Assembly: GCA_964016885.1 (NCBI GenBank) | Contig: OZ024764.1 | Span: forward strand, 10,230,001 to 10,294,000 | Origin: Eledone cirrhosa | Lineage: Eukaryota | Direction: 5' to 3' | DNA: 64,000 nucleotides | In this document: piece after piece, positions 37,605-51,622 of the stretch | Numbering within the stretch: position 1 is the first letter of the stretch | How the letters are laid out: each line of letters starts with the position of its first letter | Notes under the pieces: model-generated | The model's input: the letters and a program-made list of their open reading frames with translations, nothing else | Database searches by the model: none | What the model was told of the DNA's origin: nothing | Position numbers and translations under genes: made by a program

Positions 37605-39660
37605 TCATCATCATCATCATTTTACGTCCGCTCTTCCCTGCTTGCAAGGGTGGGACGGGTCTTATTCAGCACAGCATCTCTCCACTCATCACGGTCCCTC
37701 GTCATCTCCACCGTGAGCTTCAGCGATCTGAGGTCTGTTCTCACCAACGCTGCCCATGTTTTTCGTGATCTACCTCTACCACGTCTTCCTTCAACTGGCA
37801 ATTCCTGGCACTTCTTCACCCATCGGTCATCCTCCATGCGCATCACATGTCCATACCACCTCAGTCTCCTCTCCCATACTCTACATTCTATCCCTCTCAG
37901 ACACAGTTTCTCTCTCAGCACATTATTACTGGGTCGTTCATGCACATCCAACGGAGCATGCTTGCCTCATTTCTCTCCAGCCGTCGCATATCCTCTGCAG
38001 TTGCTGCCCATGTCTCACTACCATGCAGCATCGCGCTCCTCACACAGGCATCATATAACCGGCTTTTCGTACGCAGGGAGAAACCCTTCTTCGTCAGCAG
38101 AGGAAGCAGCTACCTAAACTTCTTCCAACCCGTCCTTATTCTAGATACTATGGCATCGGAACACCCCCCTCCCATGCTATTCTGATCTCCTAGGTACCGG
38201 AAGCTATCCACCACTTCTATAGCACCCGCCTGCATTTGAAAAATGTGTCTATCAATGCGACTTCTACTGTCTAATTTCCCTGTACATTTACTGCATACAT
38301 ATTTCTCCCTACCTGTTAGTTTGCCTGCTATCCCACTACATCTCTTGTGTACCCAGGATCTGCATTGTGTGCATTTTATAGAATTTATGCCAGTTCCTTT
38401 TCTGCATATCGAACATGGCCATTTCCCTTTCGGAATCAGAGTTTTGTCCTCTTTTCTACTCATCAACACTTTTGTCTTAGCTAGGTTCACTCTCAGTCCT
38501 CTTGCTTCCAACTGCTGGTTCCATAGCCAGAATTTATTCTCTAGCTCCTCTATTGATTCTGCGATAAGAACCAGATCGTCAGCATAGAGAAGTTCCCATG
38601 GGCAGCCAGTCTTAAACTCCTCTGTTATGGCTTGGAGGACTATAATGAACAAGAGCGGGCAGAGGACTGAACCTTGATGTACTCCTACCTGTGTCTGGAA
38701 TTCCTCACTAAACTCCATTCCTACTCTCACTTTACTGACAGCACCCCTGTACATAGCTTGCACTGTCCTTACAAGCCATTCCTCTACACCTAGCTTCCTT
38801 AGGGACCACCAGATGACAGATCGGGGTAGCCTATCAAAGGCCTTCTCTAGGTCAACAAAGGATAAGTATAGTGGCTTATTCTTCTCTAAGAACCTCTCTT
38901 GCAATTGTCTCACCAAGAAGAGGGCATCTGTTGTACTCTTCCCAGGCACAAAACCAAACTGCATCTCATCTAGTTTGACCCTTTCTCTAATTAGTTGTGC
39001 TAATATCCTTTCTGCCACTTTCATAACCTGATCTATCAGTTTTATACCCCTATAATTGCTCCTCTCCAGAGCATCCCCTTTACTTTTGTAGCAATTTATG
39101 AGAATACTGCTGCACCAGTCTTTGGGTATGACACCACCATATATAGCCTGATTGATGATGCATGTAACCAGTTTAGTGCCTACATCCCCTGATGCCTTCA
39201 TCATCTCAGCAAGTATTCCCGATGGTCCAGCAGCCTTACCATTTTACATTTCCTTAATCGCCTCTTGAACCCTATATTCGTCAATCTCAATAGCTGGTCC
39301 CTCTGTCGGATCTACTGAGGGTAATTTCTCTCTCTCCCATTCATTCTCCACGTTCATCAGTCTCTCATAATGATATTTCCAGGCCACCTTTTTCTGATCA
39401 TTCGAGACACTAAGTACACCGGCATAATTCCAGACACATTTATCTCCAACAACATCCTGATTTGCATTGACACACTGCCTTGCAATGTGGAACACCGCAC
39501 GTCTCTGATCTTCCCATCGCAGAACATTGGCAAACCCCCTACTCTCAGCCTCCCTGCGTGCTAAGTACACCTGATGTCTAGCTTCTCTCTTAGCAGCTGT
39601 ATATCCTTCCCTACTCCCACCCTTTTTCCAAGCCTTCCATACTAGTCTTTTGTCTCTAAT
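37605..39660 (-). mobile_element. RTE-clade LINE, 5'-truncated and degenerate (RT domain with a PHD-like insertion)
   Basis: QFGFVPGKSTTDA, FVDLEKAFD, GVHQGSVLCPLLF, LLYADDLVL and RRLRWYGHVMR..RGRSRKTW motifs; (ATG)n tail; stops and frameshifts. Confidence 0.92.
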
Positions 39661-39731
39661 GGATCTAAAATATATATTATATAATCTCTAATATATATAT
39701 ATATATATACGTATAATATATAATATATATA

Positions 39732-40445
39732 TACTAGCCAAATTGCTGCGTTTCACATTGTTTTTGTAAGAAAATGATGACTGATTTTAAATCAGTGATA
39801 TAATTTATGGAGAAAACTATCAGCAATCAAAAGCTGTTGTCTTTCTTCTTGAGAGTCATTTCTTCTTGCAACTCTATGGCGAACTCTATCTGGTTCTTGT
39901 CTTTCTTGATGCTCACCAAAGGTTTCATTTTGCAGAGACTCTGTTTGACTAGAAAGTCGTTCTTCCCTTGCATCACAGCTTTCAGAGTGACGACAAAGCC
40001 TCATCCTTTTTACATAACTGGATTTTCTTTTCCATGGCATAAGGGATGTCTGAAAAAAATGTCTAAATTAGCAAAATTTTACTATAAAAGAGAGGGGCTG
40101 TTTTTCTTGATTTACGTTTAATTAATAGAAAAACCCTGTGATAATAAAGGTTCCAATACTCAAGTTATAGGCTTCCAAAATTTCCACTATAGGGGGTTTA
40201 ACTCCCATTAGGGTATCTTAATATTATTGAAATTTGCTGAAATTTTGTGAATAAGCATCATAGCTTGTCATTTACCTATGGTTTAAATTTCATATAAATC
40301 GAAGGGAAAACATTTTCAGCAGGGAACCCTTTGATTGAAATTACCTTGGGCAATGTAGTTTCAGGATATATATGGTTATGGGGGTATATCTCCAAAACCA
40401 TAGGAGTTTGTGAACAAACACAGGAACTACAACTTTATATATATA
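39732..40445. mobile_element. Helitron-like non-autonomous remnant
   Basis: TACTAGC terminus. The minus-strand ORF MPWKRKSS...EERL...DRVRHRVARRNDSQEERQQLL resembles the charged repeats at RepHel N-termini. Near-identical copy at 61351-62066. Confidence 0.5.
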
Positions 40446-41204
40446 TCATCATCCTCGTTTAACGTCCATTTTCCACGCTAGCATGGGTATATATTATATA
40501 TAATATGTATATAAATGGACATGTTGTTTCCTTGAGCAAGAGACTTTATTTCACATTGCTTCAGTTTACTCAGCTGTAGGAATGAGATGATAGGACTGGG
40601 GTCCCTATCATTCCACTGCAAAGTGGTAGTGGAGGTGCCACGGCAAAAAAGCACCCAGCACTCACTGTAAATGAGGTTGGTGTTAGGAAGGGCATCCAGC
40701 TGTAGAAATCAAGCCAGATTCAATTTCCGTCCCACCCTTGCAAGCAGGGAAAAGCGGACGTAAAATGAAATGATGATTAAATGATGATGATAATATATAA
40801 TATATTTATATTATATACCATCATCATCGTTTAATGTCCATTTTCCACGTTAGCATGGGTAGGATGGGTTGACCCTTTTGGGGAATCAGCTCAGAGGACT
40901 GTGCTATGCTCACCTGGGGCTGATTTTGGCTGGATGCCCAACCATATTTACAGTGTGTGCTGGGTGCGTTCTGTCGAGTCACCTAAATGACCACTATACA
41001 GGGTAGACTGGGCACTTTTTGTGGGAAGGGAACTAGGGAGGGTGGGGGAAGAAGTTTATGGCGTGAGATGGGAATTAAGGAGTGTGGTGGAGGAGGGCTT
41101 GGAGAGTTTGGGAGTGCAGATAATAGGGGAGGGATGGTTACAGCAATGGGAGGTGGATGGAAGGGGAGAAGGTAGAGATAGGTGTTGCCTATTAGATATA
41201 ACCC

Positions 41205-41555
41205 TCAGCTCAAGCATATGTGAGGGCGGGTCTTCTTTAGTAATGCATAGCCCCAGAGGTCACAGTCCTGTGTCCTCACCTTGGTGAGGTGTAATTGTGC
41301 AAGGTCAGCTTTTATCACCTCATCCAAAGTCTTCCTAGGCCTACCCACACCATGGCTACCATCAACTTTGAGTGCTCTGCACCTTTTTATACAGCTGTCA
41401 TCCTTCATACCCATCACGTGTCCATACCAATGCAATCTCCTCTCCGACACACAACAACTGATCCCTCTTATGCCTAATTTCTCACGCAGTACATTTATAC
41501 TTTGCCATTCACATATACTGCAATTGCACATCCACCGAAGCATGGAAGCTTCATA
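41205..41555 (-). mobile_element. RTE LINE 3' fragment (second subfamily)
   Basis: EASMLRWMC..LREKLGIR..RRLHWYGHV..GRPRKT; copy at 62825-63175. Confidence 0.8.
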
Positions 41556-42547
41556 TATATAGTAATAATAATAAATTTGAAGACTAAAATCCAAAGAGGG
41601 CTCGATAAGGATAAATATATATCAAATATATAAGAACCATAGAGCAAATATTTATTAAAATAATAGATTAAAGTTAAAGCAAAGAATCGCTGCTTTCACC
41701 CATAAAAAAGTTTCAGAAGATCCCGTTAAGGATGAAAGCAGCGATTCTTTGCTTAAACTTTAATCTGTTATTTTAATATATATATATATATATCTAGGGT
41801 GGGTGAAATTCCCGAGATCCCTATGTCAAACTCAGTCTCCCTCTTCTCGTGTGTCCGTGCAGGGGCTCCCACAGGAGCACTGAATGCAGTGTCAACTCTG
41901 AATGTCGGTGAGCATGTCCAGCTAACCTCAGTCTGTCCTTAAACTTACGAGCTGACTTTTGGGAGGCTCCCATACAGCTCTGAGTTCTTCATCCTCAGTG
42001 TATATAATATATAACAAAGAGGGTGTGATAAGATACCAGGTGGACCATAATGTATCAGAGTACTCAATACTTAGGGTTGTAGAGTGAGTATTAGGAACAG
42101 AGGCAGGACCCCGACGGCTGAGCTCTGGCCGTTTCGACAGCTAAGATCCGAACTGGTGGATTAAAAATCTGATAAGAAACAGGTGCTTGTAAGTAGTGCC
42201 GGGATTTAAGTGTGGTATGGGTCGAAGGGTGTTCCATTACGGAAGTAGGAGCTAAAGAACAAAGATACAAGGTGGATCATAACACAGCAGAGTACTCGAT
42301 ACTTAGGGCAGCAGAACTCAGCCGTCGGGGTCCTGACTCTTTTCCTATATAATATATATAGCTTCCGATATCTAGGTGGTCAGATTAACAAGGGGGGAGG
42401 ATGCTCAGAGGCCATCGTATCTAGAATAAAGACAGGATGGAACAAGTTTAGCGAGGTGTTTCCTCTGTTGACAACGAAGGGTTTCTCCCTACGAACGAAA
42501 GGCCGGTTGTATGATGCCTGTGTGAGATATAGGTAGCAACAGCTAGA

Positions 42548-42740
42548 AATAAAACAGTAAAATAACTCACTTATTCGGTTAAATCCTTCACAATTAAACG
42601 AGAAATATTTCTAACACGTGTTTCTAGTAAGTTTACACTTTCAATATCCGGTAGAGGGAATTACAAAATCTGGAATCATTTAACGAAACGAAACTTTGTA
42701 ATGAAAAACGAAATACAAATAGTAAATTTTTATTTTTATT
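42548..42740 (-). pseudogene. Degenerate copy of RBM19 exon 1 with donor site and upstream region
   Basis: Aligns to about 6611-6820. It reads ATT TCT CGT TTA ATT GTG AAG GAT TTA ACC GAA TAA GTGAGT: ATG lost, indel, premature stop. Confidence 0.8.
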
Positions 42741-43430
42741 AAATAAAATACCAGTAATTCACTGTGGTCAATTTAATCAACTTTCGTCTCTCTCCCCACA
42801 AAAAATAATTGCTGCTCTTATGGTGCTAAATCAGGAACCATTTTAGTAATAATTGTTTCAACTTTGGGCACAAGGCCAGCAATTACACCAGTGCAGCACT
42901 GGTACTTTATTTTATCGACCCCGTAAGGATGAAAGGTAAAGTTAACCTCGGTGGGATTTGAACTCACACCGTATAGGGACGTAACTCTATGCTGCAAAGC
43001 ATGGCGTCCGACCCTGCCAATAACTTTAGGCTGGTGGTGGTAGATTGGCAGCAGAATCGGTAGAGCGCCGGACAACATGCTTTGTGGCATAGAGTTATGT
43101 CCCTTTACGTTCTGAGGTAAAATCTCACTGAAGTTAACTTTCATCCTTACGGGGTGGTTAAAATGAATTACCAGTAATGTACTGGGGTCAATTTAATCGA
43201 CTTTAACCCACCACACACACACACACACACAAATAAATTGCCGGCCTTGTTCCTAAATCAGAAACAATAACTATAATTTAAAGGCCGTGAAATCTGAGAC
43301 CATCCATGTCTCTATTTTGACCCCTATCTCTTCCGATGTTCTTAGCATCACCACAGCTATTTCTGATGGTCCCTCAGCTATACCACATTTAATCTCATTG
43401 GTTGAGTCTTTGACCCTAAAACAATCAACT

Positions 43431-43640
43431 TTAACCCTTAGCATTGACATTACTCTATATATACTATTGTATTTTCTCAGTAAAGGCTTTACCTCACATA
43501 ACATTTACATTACTCTATATATACTATTGTATTTTCTCAGTAAAGGCTTTACCTCACATAACATTTACATTATTCTATATATACTATTGTATTTTCTCAG
43601 TAAAGGCTTTACCTCACATAGCATTTACATTACTCTATAA
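43431..43640 (+). repeat. Truncated TTAA-MITE end with about 3 copies of the 60-bp unit seen in RBM19 intron 2
   Basis: TTAACCCTTAGCATT followed by CATTACTCTATATATACTATTGTATTTTCTCAGTAAAGGCTTTACCTCACATAACATTTA repeats. Confidence 0.85.
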
Positions 43641-44092
43641 ATATATGTAAGTATGTAGCTATGACTGCTATTTCTAGCAGGTTTATGGCTGTCCTGTAGA
43701 CGCACACAAAAACCGGAAGTGGCAGCCATTAAAAAACTTTGGCTTAAAATCAGCCAAAAGATTTTCAATAATAGTAAAATTTTATTTTTGACAAGGACGA
43801 TAACTTTTGTCTTACTTAATCGCAAAAATCGAGGCAAAAATTTTGCGGGTGTGCAGTTTACACGCTAAAATAAACCTGCTAGAAATAGCAGTCATAGCAA
43901 CTCACATATATTTATATATCATATATATATATATATATGGACACTTTAGAAATAGCAGCGAATAACAGAAAGAAGGACACACACACATATATATATATAT
44001 ACACACACACACATATATATATATATGCCCCAGCACACACACACATATATATACACACACACACACACACATATATATATATGCCCCAGCAT

Positions 44093-44128
<36 letters not shown>

Positions 44129-44403
44129 GCCCCAGCATGGTCTTGTTCGATCGTCTAACTAAGGCCAATAATAAAATACTTCAAAATAAATTAAACACCC
44201 CTAAATCCGGGGTTACAACTTGGATTACTTAAAAGTCAGTAAAGCTGTAAAGATTCTATATTGTAAATAGGTGGTCGCAGGTTCGAATCCAGGCAAATCC
44301 TGAGAAAAATAACAAAAAGAAGGACAATGTAGAAATAGCAGCCATAGACGAGAGGAGGACACACACACACAAACACACACACATATACATATACACATAC
44401 ATG

Positions 44404-44436
<33 letters not shown>

Positions 44437-44575
44437 ATATGTTTGGCTGCTATATATATATATAGCGGTCAACACACACACACACACGTACATATGTAAG
44501 TGTGTGTGTTTGGCTGATATATATATATATATATATAATATATAAGAACAAAAGATGGTTAAAAGAGTTCCATGT

Positions 44576-44644
44576 ATTTTATTATGCGCATTTCAAAAAC
44601 AAATATCATCATGCAATAATATTTGTGCTTTCATCAGATAAAAC
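44576..44644 (-). ncRNA. Type I hammerhead motif, same family as 23264 and 23438
   Basis: Minus strand: GTTTTAT-CTGATGA-AAGCACAAATATTATT..GATGATATTTGTTTTT-GAAA-TGCGCA-T-A-ATAAAAT, inside a single-arm copy at about 44535-44702. Confidence 0.78.
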
Positions 44645-46417
44645 AGGAAGACATGATATGAAGGTTAAAAAGCACTTGTGGATAGTTCAGTTTTAAATCA
44701 ACATATCATATATATATATGTTATATAAATATATGTGAGTTGCTATGACTGCTATTTCTAGCAGGTTTATTTTTAGCGTGTAAACTGCACACCCGCAAAA
44801 TTTTTGCCTCGATTTTTGCGATTAAGTAAGACAAAAGTTATCGTCCTTGTCAAAAAAATAATTTTACTATTATTGAAAATCTTTTGGCTGATTTCAAGCC
44901 AAAGTTTTTTAATGGCTGCCACTTCCGGATTTTATTGTGCGTCTACAGGACAGCCAGAAACCTACTAGAAATAGCAGTCATAACATCACACTTATGTATA
45001 TTTATATATCAGGGATTCTCAACGAAGGGTGCACGCCCCACAGGGGGCAATTTGAATGTAACAGGGGCCAATTAGAAAGTGATATAATACGACCAAACTT
45101 CCAGTTACACTTTGTTCACATGTTATCGTGTATCTGGCAGCAGCTACGAGAAGTTTGTTTTGATCATCGCGGCATCGTAGCTTTGTTTAATTAAAGCATT
45201 TCTACTTTATATTACAGTAGTAACACTTTTACAAGACTCGGTTTATTTCTATATTAAAGGGGAACGTAAACCTAATTTTGAAACGTTGAGGTGGGGCATG
45301 GAGCAAAAAAAGGTTTGGAACTACTGAAGACAACAAATCATCGTTTTTATTATTGTAATATATATATATTTATTTAATTATATTTATATATGTGTACAGC
45401 AGCCAAACACTCATACATATAAGTGTGTGTGTGTGTCCTTCTTTCTTATGTTCGCTGCTATTTCTAAAGTGTCCATATATGCTAGAAATAGCAGTCAAAT
45501 ACCAACAAACAATACCAAATAAGAAGGACTAAACAAACTGCACACTCGCAAAATTTTCGTCTCGATTTTTGCGTATTTTGAAGTATTTTATTATTGGCCT
45601 TAGTTAGACGATCGACCAAGGCCATATATATATATGTGTGTGTGTGTGTGTATATATATATACATATGTGTGTGTGTGTGTCCTTCTTTCTGTTATTCGC
45701 TGCTATTTCTAAAGTGTCCATATATATATATATATATATGTTATATAAATATATGTGGGTTGCTATGACTGCTATTTCTAGCAGGTTTATTTTTAGCGTG
45801 TAAACTGCACACCCGCAAAATTTTTGCCTCGATTTTTGCGATTAAGTAAGACAAAAGTTATCGTCCTTGTCAAAAATAAAATTTTACTATTATTGAAAAT
45901 CTTTTGGCTGATTTTAAGCCAAAGTTTTTTAATGGCTGCCACTTCCGGTTTTTATTGTGCGTCTACAGGACAGCCATAAACCTGCTAGAAATAGCAGTCA
46001 TAGCAACAAACTCACATCTATTTGTATATCAGGGATTCCCAACGAGGGTTACAAATCCCACAGGGATTAAATAGAATATAATAGGGGTCAATTTGAAAGT
46101 GATATAATACATGTTATCGTGTATCTGGCAGCACTTACGAGAAGTTTGTTTACATTTTGAAGTTTGTTTTGATCATCGCTGCATCGTAGCTTTGTTTAAT
46201 TAAAGGATTTCTATTTTATTTTACAGTAATAACACTTTTACAAGACTCAGTTTGATTTTATATTAAAGAAGAACATAAACATATTTTAGATGTTGAGGTG
46301 GGGCGTGTAGCAAAACAGGTTGGGAACCACTGATATATATTTATTTATTTATGTCCTTTCTGTTGTTTTCTAAATTCTAAACTCTGCATTTTTATTTCGT
46401 TCTCTGGGATTCTAGCA

Positions 46418-46508
<91 letters not shown>

Positions 46509-47319
46509 TATGGCAGTCAAATCTCACTTGACCCAGACTCGAAAATGCCGTCGCTGATCGTTGGGGTTATAATTAAACTAAAGTGCTTCCACTGTGCACC
46601 ATAAGGTGATCATGTTCGTTGGCGGCTGTTTACTGCATTGAAAGAGCCTAAGTCTAAAAGATATATATATATAGCTGTCGAAACGGCCGGAGCTCAGCCG
46701 TCGGGGTCCATAATATTTTCATATATAGATATATATGTGTGTGTGTGTGTGTGTCTTCTGCGACATTTGTATTTATAAATATATAAATAGGTATGTAATT
46801 ATTTGAATAATAAAATCTGAGGTTTAAATATTTTATTTATTACCAATAACATTAAGAAAGGCATGAACAACACCACACCTTTTACTTCAATTTTGAAAGT
46901 AGGTTTATAAATATTAAATTTCATTAAACATTTGTAGCTGCTATGGTGGCTTGGTGGGAAATACCAGTAGCACTGGAGATCCTGGTCTATGGTTCAATCC
47001 TGGTTGGGAAAAACTCACATATTAGACTTATTCAATATTTTTTCTTCTCATTTCTAGAGATAAATACATGTATAAAAAGTAAATTGGTAGAGTCGTTAGA
47101 ACGTCAGATAGAATTCTTTGTAGTATTTTTTCCACTTCTCTGCTCTGAGTCCAAGTCCTGCTGAGTTCAAATTTACTTTTCATCCATTCAGGGTTGATAA
47201 CAAAGTACCATTCACGTACTAGGGTCAATTCTTCATTTTTATCTCTTTATCCTTCTCTGGAAGAAATCTGATTTATTCAGACCTGGAGAGATGTGCTCTA
47301 CCAGGTTTTATAATGAGTA

Positions 47320-48850
47320 TCTGTCCTAGGTGGCTCTGTGTCTTACTGAGGTCTGTACCATAGTTGGCTGGGTGTCCTAAGTGGCTCTGTGTATCACTGA
47401 GGTCTGTGCCCAAGTTGGCTGGGTGTCTCTCTGAGGTCTGTACCCTAGGTAGCTCTGTGTCTTACTGAGGTTTGTGCCCTAGTTGGCTGGGTGTCTCTCT
47501 AAGGTATGTACCCTAGGTTGCTCTGTGTCTCTCAGAGGTCTGCATTATAGGTGGCTGGGTGTCTTTATGAGGTCTGTGCTCTATGAGGCTCTGTGTCTCA
47601 CTGAGGTCTGTACCCTAGGTGGTTCTGTGTCTCTCTTAAGGTCTGTACCCTAGGTGGCTGGGTGTCTCTCTAAGGTCTGTACCCTAGGTGGCTCTGTGTA
47701 TCTCTGAGGTGTGAATCCTAGGTGGCTCTGTGTCTCTCTAAGGTCTGTACCCTAGGTGGTTCTGTGTCTCTCTAAGGTCTGTACCCTAAGTGGCTCTGTG
47801 TCTCTCTGAGGTGTGTATGCTAGGTGGCTCTGTGTCTCACTGAGGTCTGTACCCTAGCTGGCTCTGTGTCTCTCTAAGGTCTGTACCCTAGGTGGCTCTG
47901 TGTCTCTCTCAGGTCTGTACCCTAGGTGGCTCTGTGTCTCTCTCAGGTCTGTACCCTATGTGGCTCTGTGTCTCTCTAAGATCTGTACCCTAGCTGGCTC
48001 TGTGTCTCTCTAAGGTCTGTACCCTAGGTGGCTCTGTGTCTCTCTGTCTCTCTCAGGTCTGTACCCTAGGTGGCTCTGTGTCTCTCTAAGGTCTGTACCG
48101 TAGGTGGCTGGGTGTCTCTCTAAGGTCTGTACCCTAGATGGCTCTGTGTCTCCCTGAGATCTGTAATCTATGTGGCTCTGTGTCTCTCTAAGGTCTGTAC
48201 CGTAGGTGGCTGGGTGTCTCTCTAAGGTCTGTACCCTAGCTGGCTCTGTGTCTCTCTAAGGTCTGTACCCTAAGTGGCTGGGTGTCTCTCTAAGGTCTGT
48301 ACCCTAGGTGGCTCTCTGTCTCTCTAAGGTCTGTACCCTAGCTGGCTCTGTGTCTCTATGAGGTCTGTACCCTAGGTGGCTCTGTGTCTCTCTAAGGTCT
48401 GTACCCTAGGTGGCTCTGTGTCTCTCTCAGGTTTGTACCCTAGGTGGCTCTGTGTCTCTCTCAGGTTTGTACCCTAGGTGGCTCTGTGTCTCTCTCAGGT
48501 CTGTACCCTAGGTGGCTCTGTGTCTCTCTCAGGTCTGTACCCTAGGTGGCTCTGTGTCTCTCTCAGGTCTGTACCCTAGGTGGCTCTGTGTCTCTCTCAG
48601 GTCTGTACCATAGGTGGCTCTGTGTCTCTCTAAGGTCTGTACCCTAGGTGGCTCTGTGTCTCTCTCAGGTCTGTACCATAGGTGGCTCTGTGTCTCTCTC
48701 AGGTCTGTACCATAGGTGGCTCTGTGTCTCTCTCAGGTCTGTACCCTAGGTGGCTCTGTGTCTCTCTCAGGTCTGTACCCTAGGTGGCTCTGTGTCTCTC
48801 TCAGGTCTGTACCCTAGGTGGCTCTGTGTCTCTCTCAGGTCTGTACCCAA
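47320..48850. repeat. 34-bp satellite array (cassette 1 of 3)
   Basis: Same unit as 27690-31842. Confidence 0.95.
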
Positions 48851-49479
48851 GCTGGACTTAATGGGTGGCTCCAGTCCCTGTGTAAAATATATAAAACACA
48901 ATATATATAATATATATGTAAACATAATGTATATATAACTTGATGTATATAATGTATATATAATATGATATGTAATGTATATTTATTACCAATAACATTA
49001 AGAAAGGCATGAACAACACCACACCTTTTACTTCAATTTTGAAAGTAGGTTTATAAATATTAAATTTCATTGAACATTTGTAGCTGCTATGGTGGCTTGG
49101 TGGGAAATACCAGTAGCACTGGTGACCCTGGACTATGGTTCAATCCTGGTTGGGAAAAACTCACATATTAGACTTATTCAATATTTTTTCTTCTCATTTC
49201 TAGAGATAAATACATGTACATAAAGTAAATTGGTAGAGTCGTTAGAACATCAGATAGAATTCTTTGTAGTATTTTTTCCACTTCTCTGCTCTGAGTCCAA
49301 ATCCTGCTGAGTTCAAATTTACTTTTCATCCATTCAGGGTTGATAACAAAGTACCATTCACGTACTAGAGTCAATTCTTCATTTTTATCTCTTTCTCACT
49401 CTCTATCCTTCTCTGGAAGAAATCTGATTTATTCAGACCTGGAGAGATGTGCTCTGCCAGGTTTTATAATGAGTATGTG

Positions 49480-51622
49480 TCTTAAGTGGCTCTGTGTCTT
49501 ACTGAGGTCTGTACCCTAGTTGGCTGGGTGTCCTAAGTGGCTCTGTGTCTCACTGAGGTCTGTACCCTAGTTGGCTGGGTGTCCTAAGTGGCTCTGTGTC
49601 TCACTGAGGTCTGTACCCTAGTTGGCTGGGTGTCCTAAGTGGCTCTGTGTCTCTCTGAGGTCTGTACCTTAGGTAGCTCTGTGTCTTACTGAGGTCTGTG
49701 CCCTAGTTGGCTGGATGTCTCACTAACGTCTGTACACTAGGTGGCTCTCTGTCTCTCAGAGATCTGCACGATAGGTGGATGGGTGTCTTTATGAGGTCTG
49801 TGTTTCACTAAGTTCTGTACCCTAGGTGGCTCTGTATCTCTTTAAGGTCTGTACCCTAGGTGGCTCTGTGTCTCTCTGAGGTCTGTACCCTAGGTAGCTC
49901 TGTATCTCTTTAAGGTCTGTACCCTAGGTGGCTCTGTGTCTCACTGAGGTCTGTACCCTAGGTAGCTCTGTATCTCTTTAAGGTCTGTACCCTAGGTGGC
50001 TCTGTGTCTCACTGAGGTCTGTACCCTAGGTGGCTCTGTATCTCTTTAAGGTCTGTACCCTAGGTGGCTCTGTATCTCTTTAAGGTCTGTACCCTAGGTG
50101 GCTCTGTGTTTCACTAAGTTCTGTACCCTAGGTGGCTCTGTGTCTCTCTGAGGTCTGTACCCTAGGTGGCTGGGTGACTCTCTAAGGTCTGTACCCTAGG
50201 TGGCTCTTTGTCTCACTAAGGTCTGTACCTAGGTGGCTCTGTGTCTCACTAAGGTCTGTACCTCGGTGGCTCTGTGTCTCTCTAAGGTCTGTACCCTAGG
50301 TGGCTCTGTATCTCTCTAAGGTCTGTACCCTAGGTGGCTCTGTATCTCTCTGAGGTCTGTACCCTAGGTGGCTCTGTGTCTCTCTCAGGTCTGTACCCTA
50401 GGTGGCTCTGTGTCTCTCTCAGGTCTGTACCCTAGGTGGCTCTGTGTCTCTCTCAGGTCTGTACCCTAGGTAGCTCTGTGTCTCTCTAAGGTCTGTACCC
50501 TAGGTGGCTCTGTGTCTCTCTCAGGTCTGTACCCTAGGTGGCTGGGTGTCTCTCTGAGGTCTGTACCCTAGGTGGCTCTGTGTCTCTCTGAGGTCTGTAC
50601 CCTAGATAGTTCTGTGTCTCTCTAAGGTCTGTACCCTAGGTGGCTCTGTGTCTCTCTGAGGTCTGTACCCTAGGTGGCTCTGTGTCTCTCTCAGGTCTGT
50701 ACCCTAGGTAGCTCTGTGTCTCTCTAAGGTCTGTACCCTAGGTGGCTCTGTGTCTCTCTCAGGTCTGTACCCTAGAAGTCTCTGTGTCTCTCTGAGGTCT
50801 GTACCCTAGGTAGCTCTGTGTCTCTCTGATGTCTGTACCCTAGGTGGCTCTGTGTCTCTCAGGTGTGTACCCTAGGTGGCTCTGTGTCTCTCTGAGGTGT
50901 GTACCCTAGGTGGCTCTGTGTCTCTCTGAGGTGTGTACCCTAAGTGGCTCTGTGTCTCTCTCAGGTCTGTACCCTAGGTGGCTCTGTGTCTCTCTGAGAT
51001 CTGTACCCTAGGTGGCTCTGTGTCTCTCTAAGGTCTGTATCCTAGGTGGCTCTGTGTCTCTCTCAGGTCTGTACCCTAGGTGGCTCTGTGTCTCTCTCAG
51101 GTCTGTACCCTAGGTGGCTCTGTGTCTCTCTGAGGTCTGTACCCTAGGTATCTCTGTGTCTCTCTCAGGTCTGTACCCTAGGTGGCTCTGTGTCTCTCTC
51201 AGGTCTGTACCCTAGGTGGCCCTGTGTCTCTCTCAGGTCTGTACCCTAGGTGGCTCTGTGTCTCTCTGAGGTCTGTACCCTAGGTGGCTCTGTGTCTCTC
51301 TCAGGTCTGTACCCTAGGTAGCTCTGTGTCTCTCTAAGGTCTGTACCCTAGGTGGCTCTGTGTCTCTCTCAGGTCTGTACCCTAGGTGGCTGGGTGTCTC
51401 TCTGAGGTCTGTACCCTAGGTGGCTCTGTGTCTCTCTGAGGTCTGTACCCTAGGTAGTTCTGTGTCTCTCTAAGGTCTGTACCCTAGGTGGCTCTGTGTC
51501 TCTCTGAGGTCTGTACCCTAGGTGGCTCTGTGTCTCTCTCAGGTCTGTACCCTAGGTAGCTCTGTGTCTCTCTCAGGTGTGTACCCTAGGTGGCTCTGTG
51601 TCTCTCTCTAAGGTCTGTACCC
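49480..51622. repeat. 34-bp satellite array (cassette 2 of 3)
   Basis: Same unit. Confidence 0.95.
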
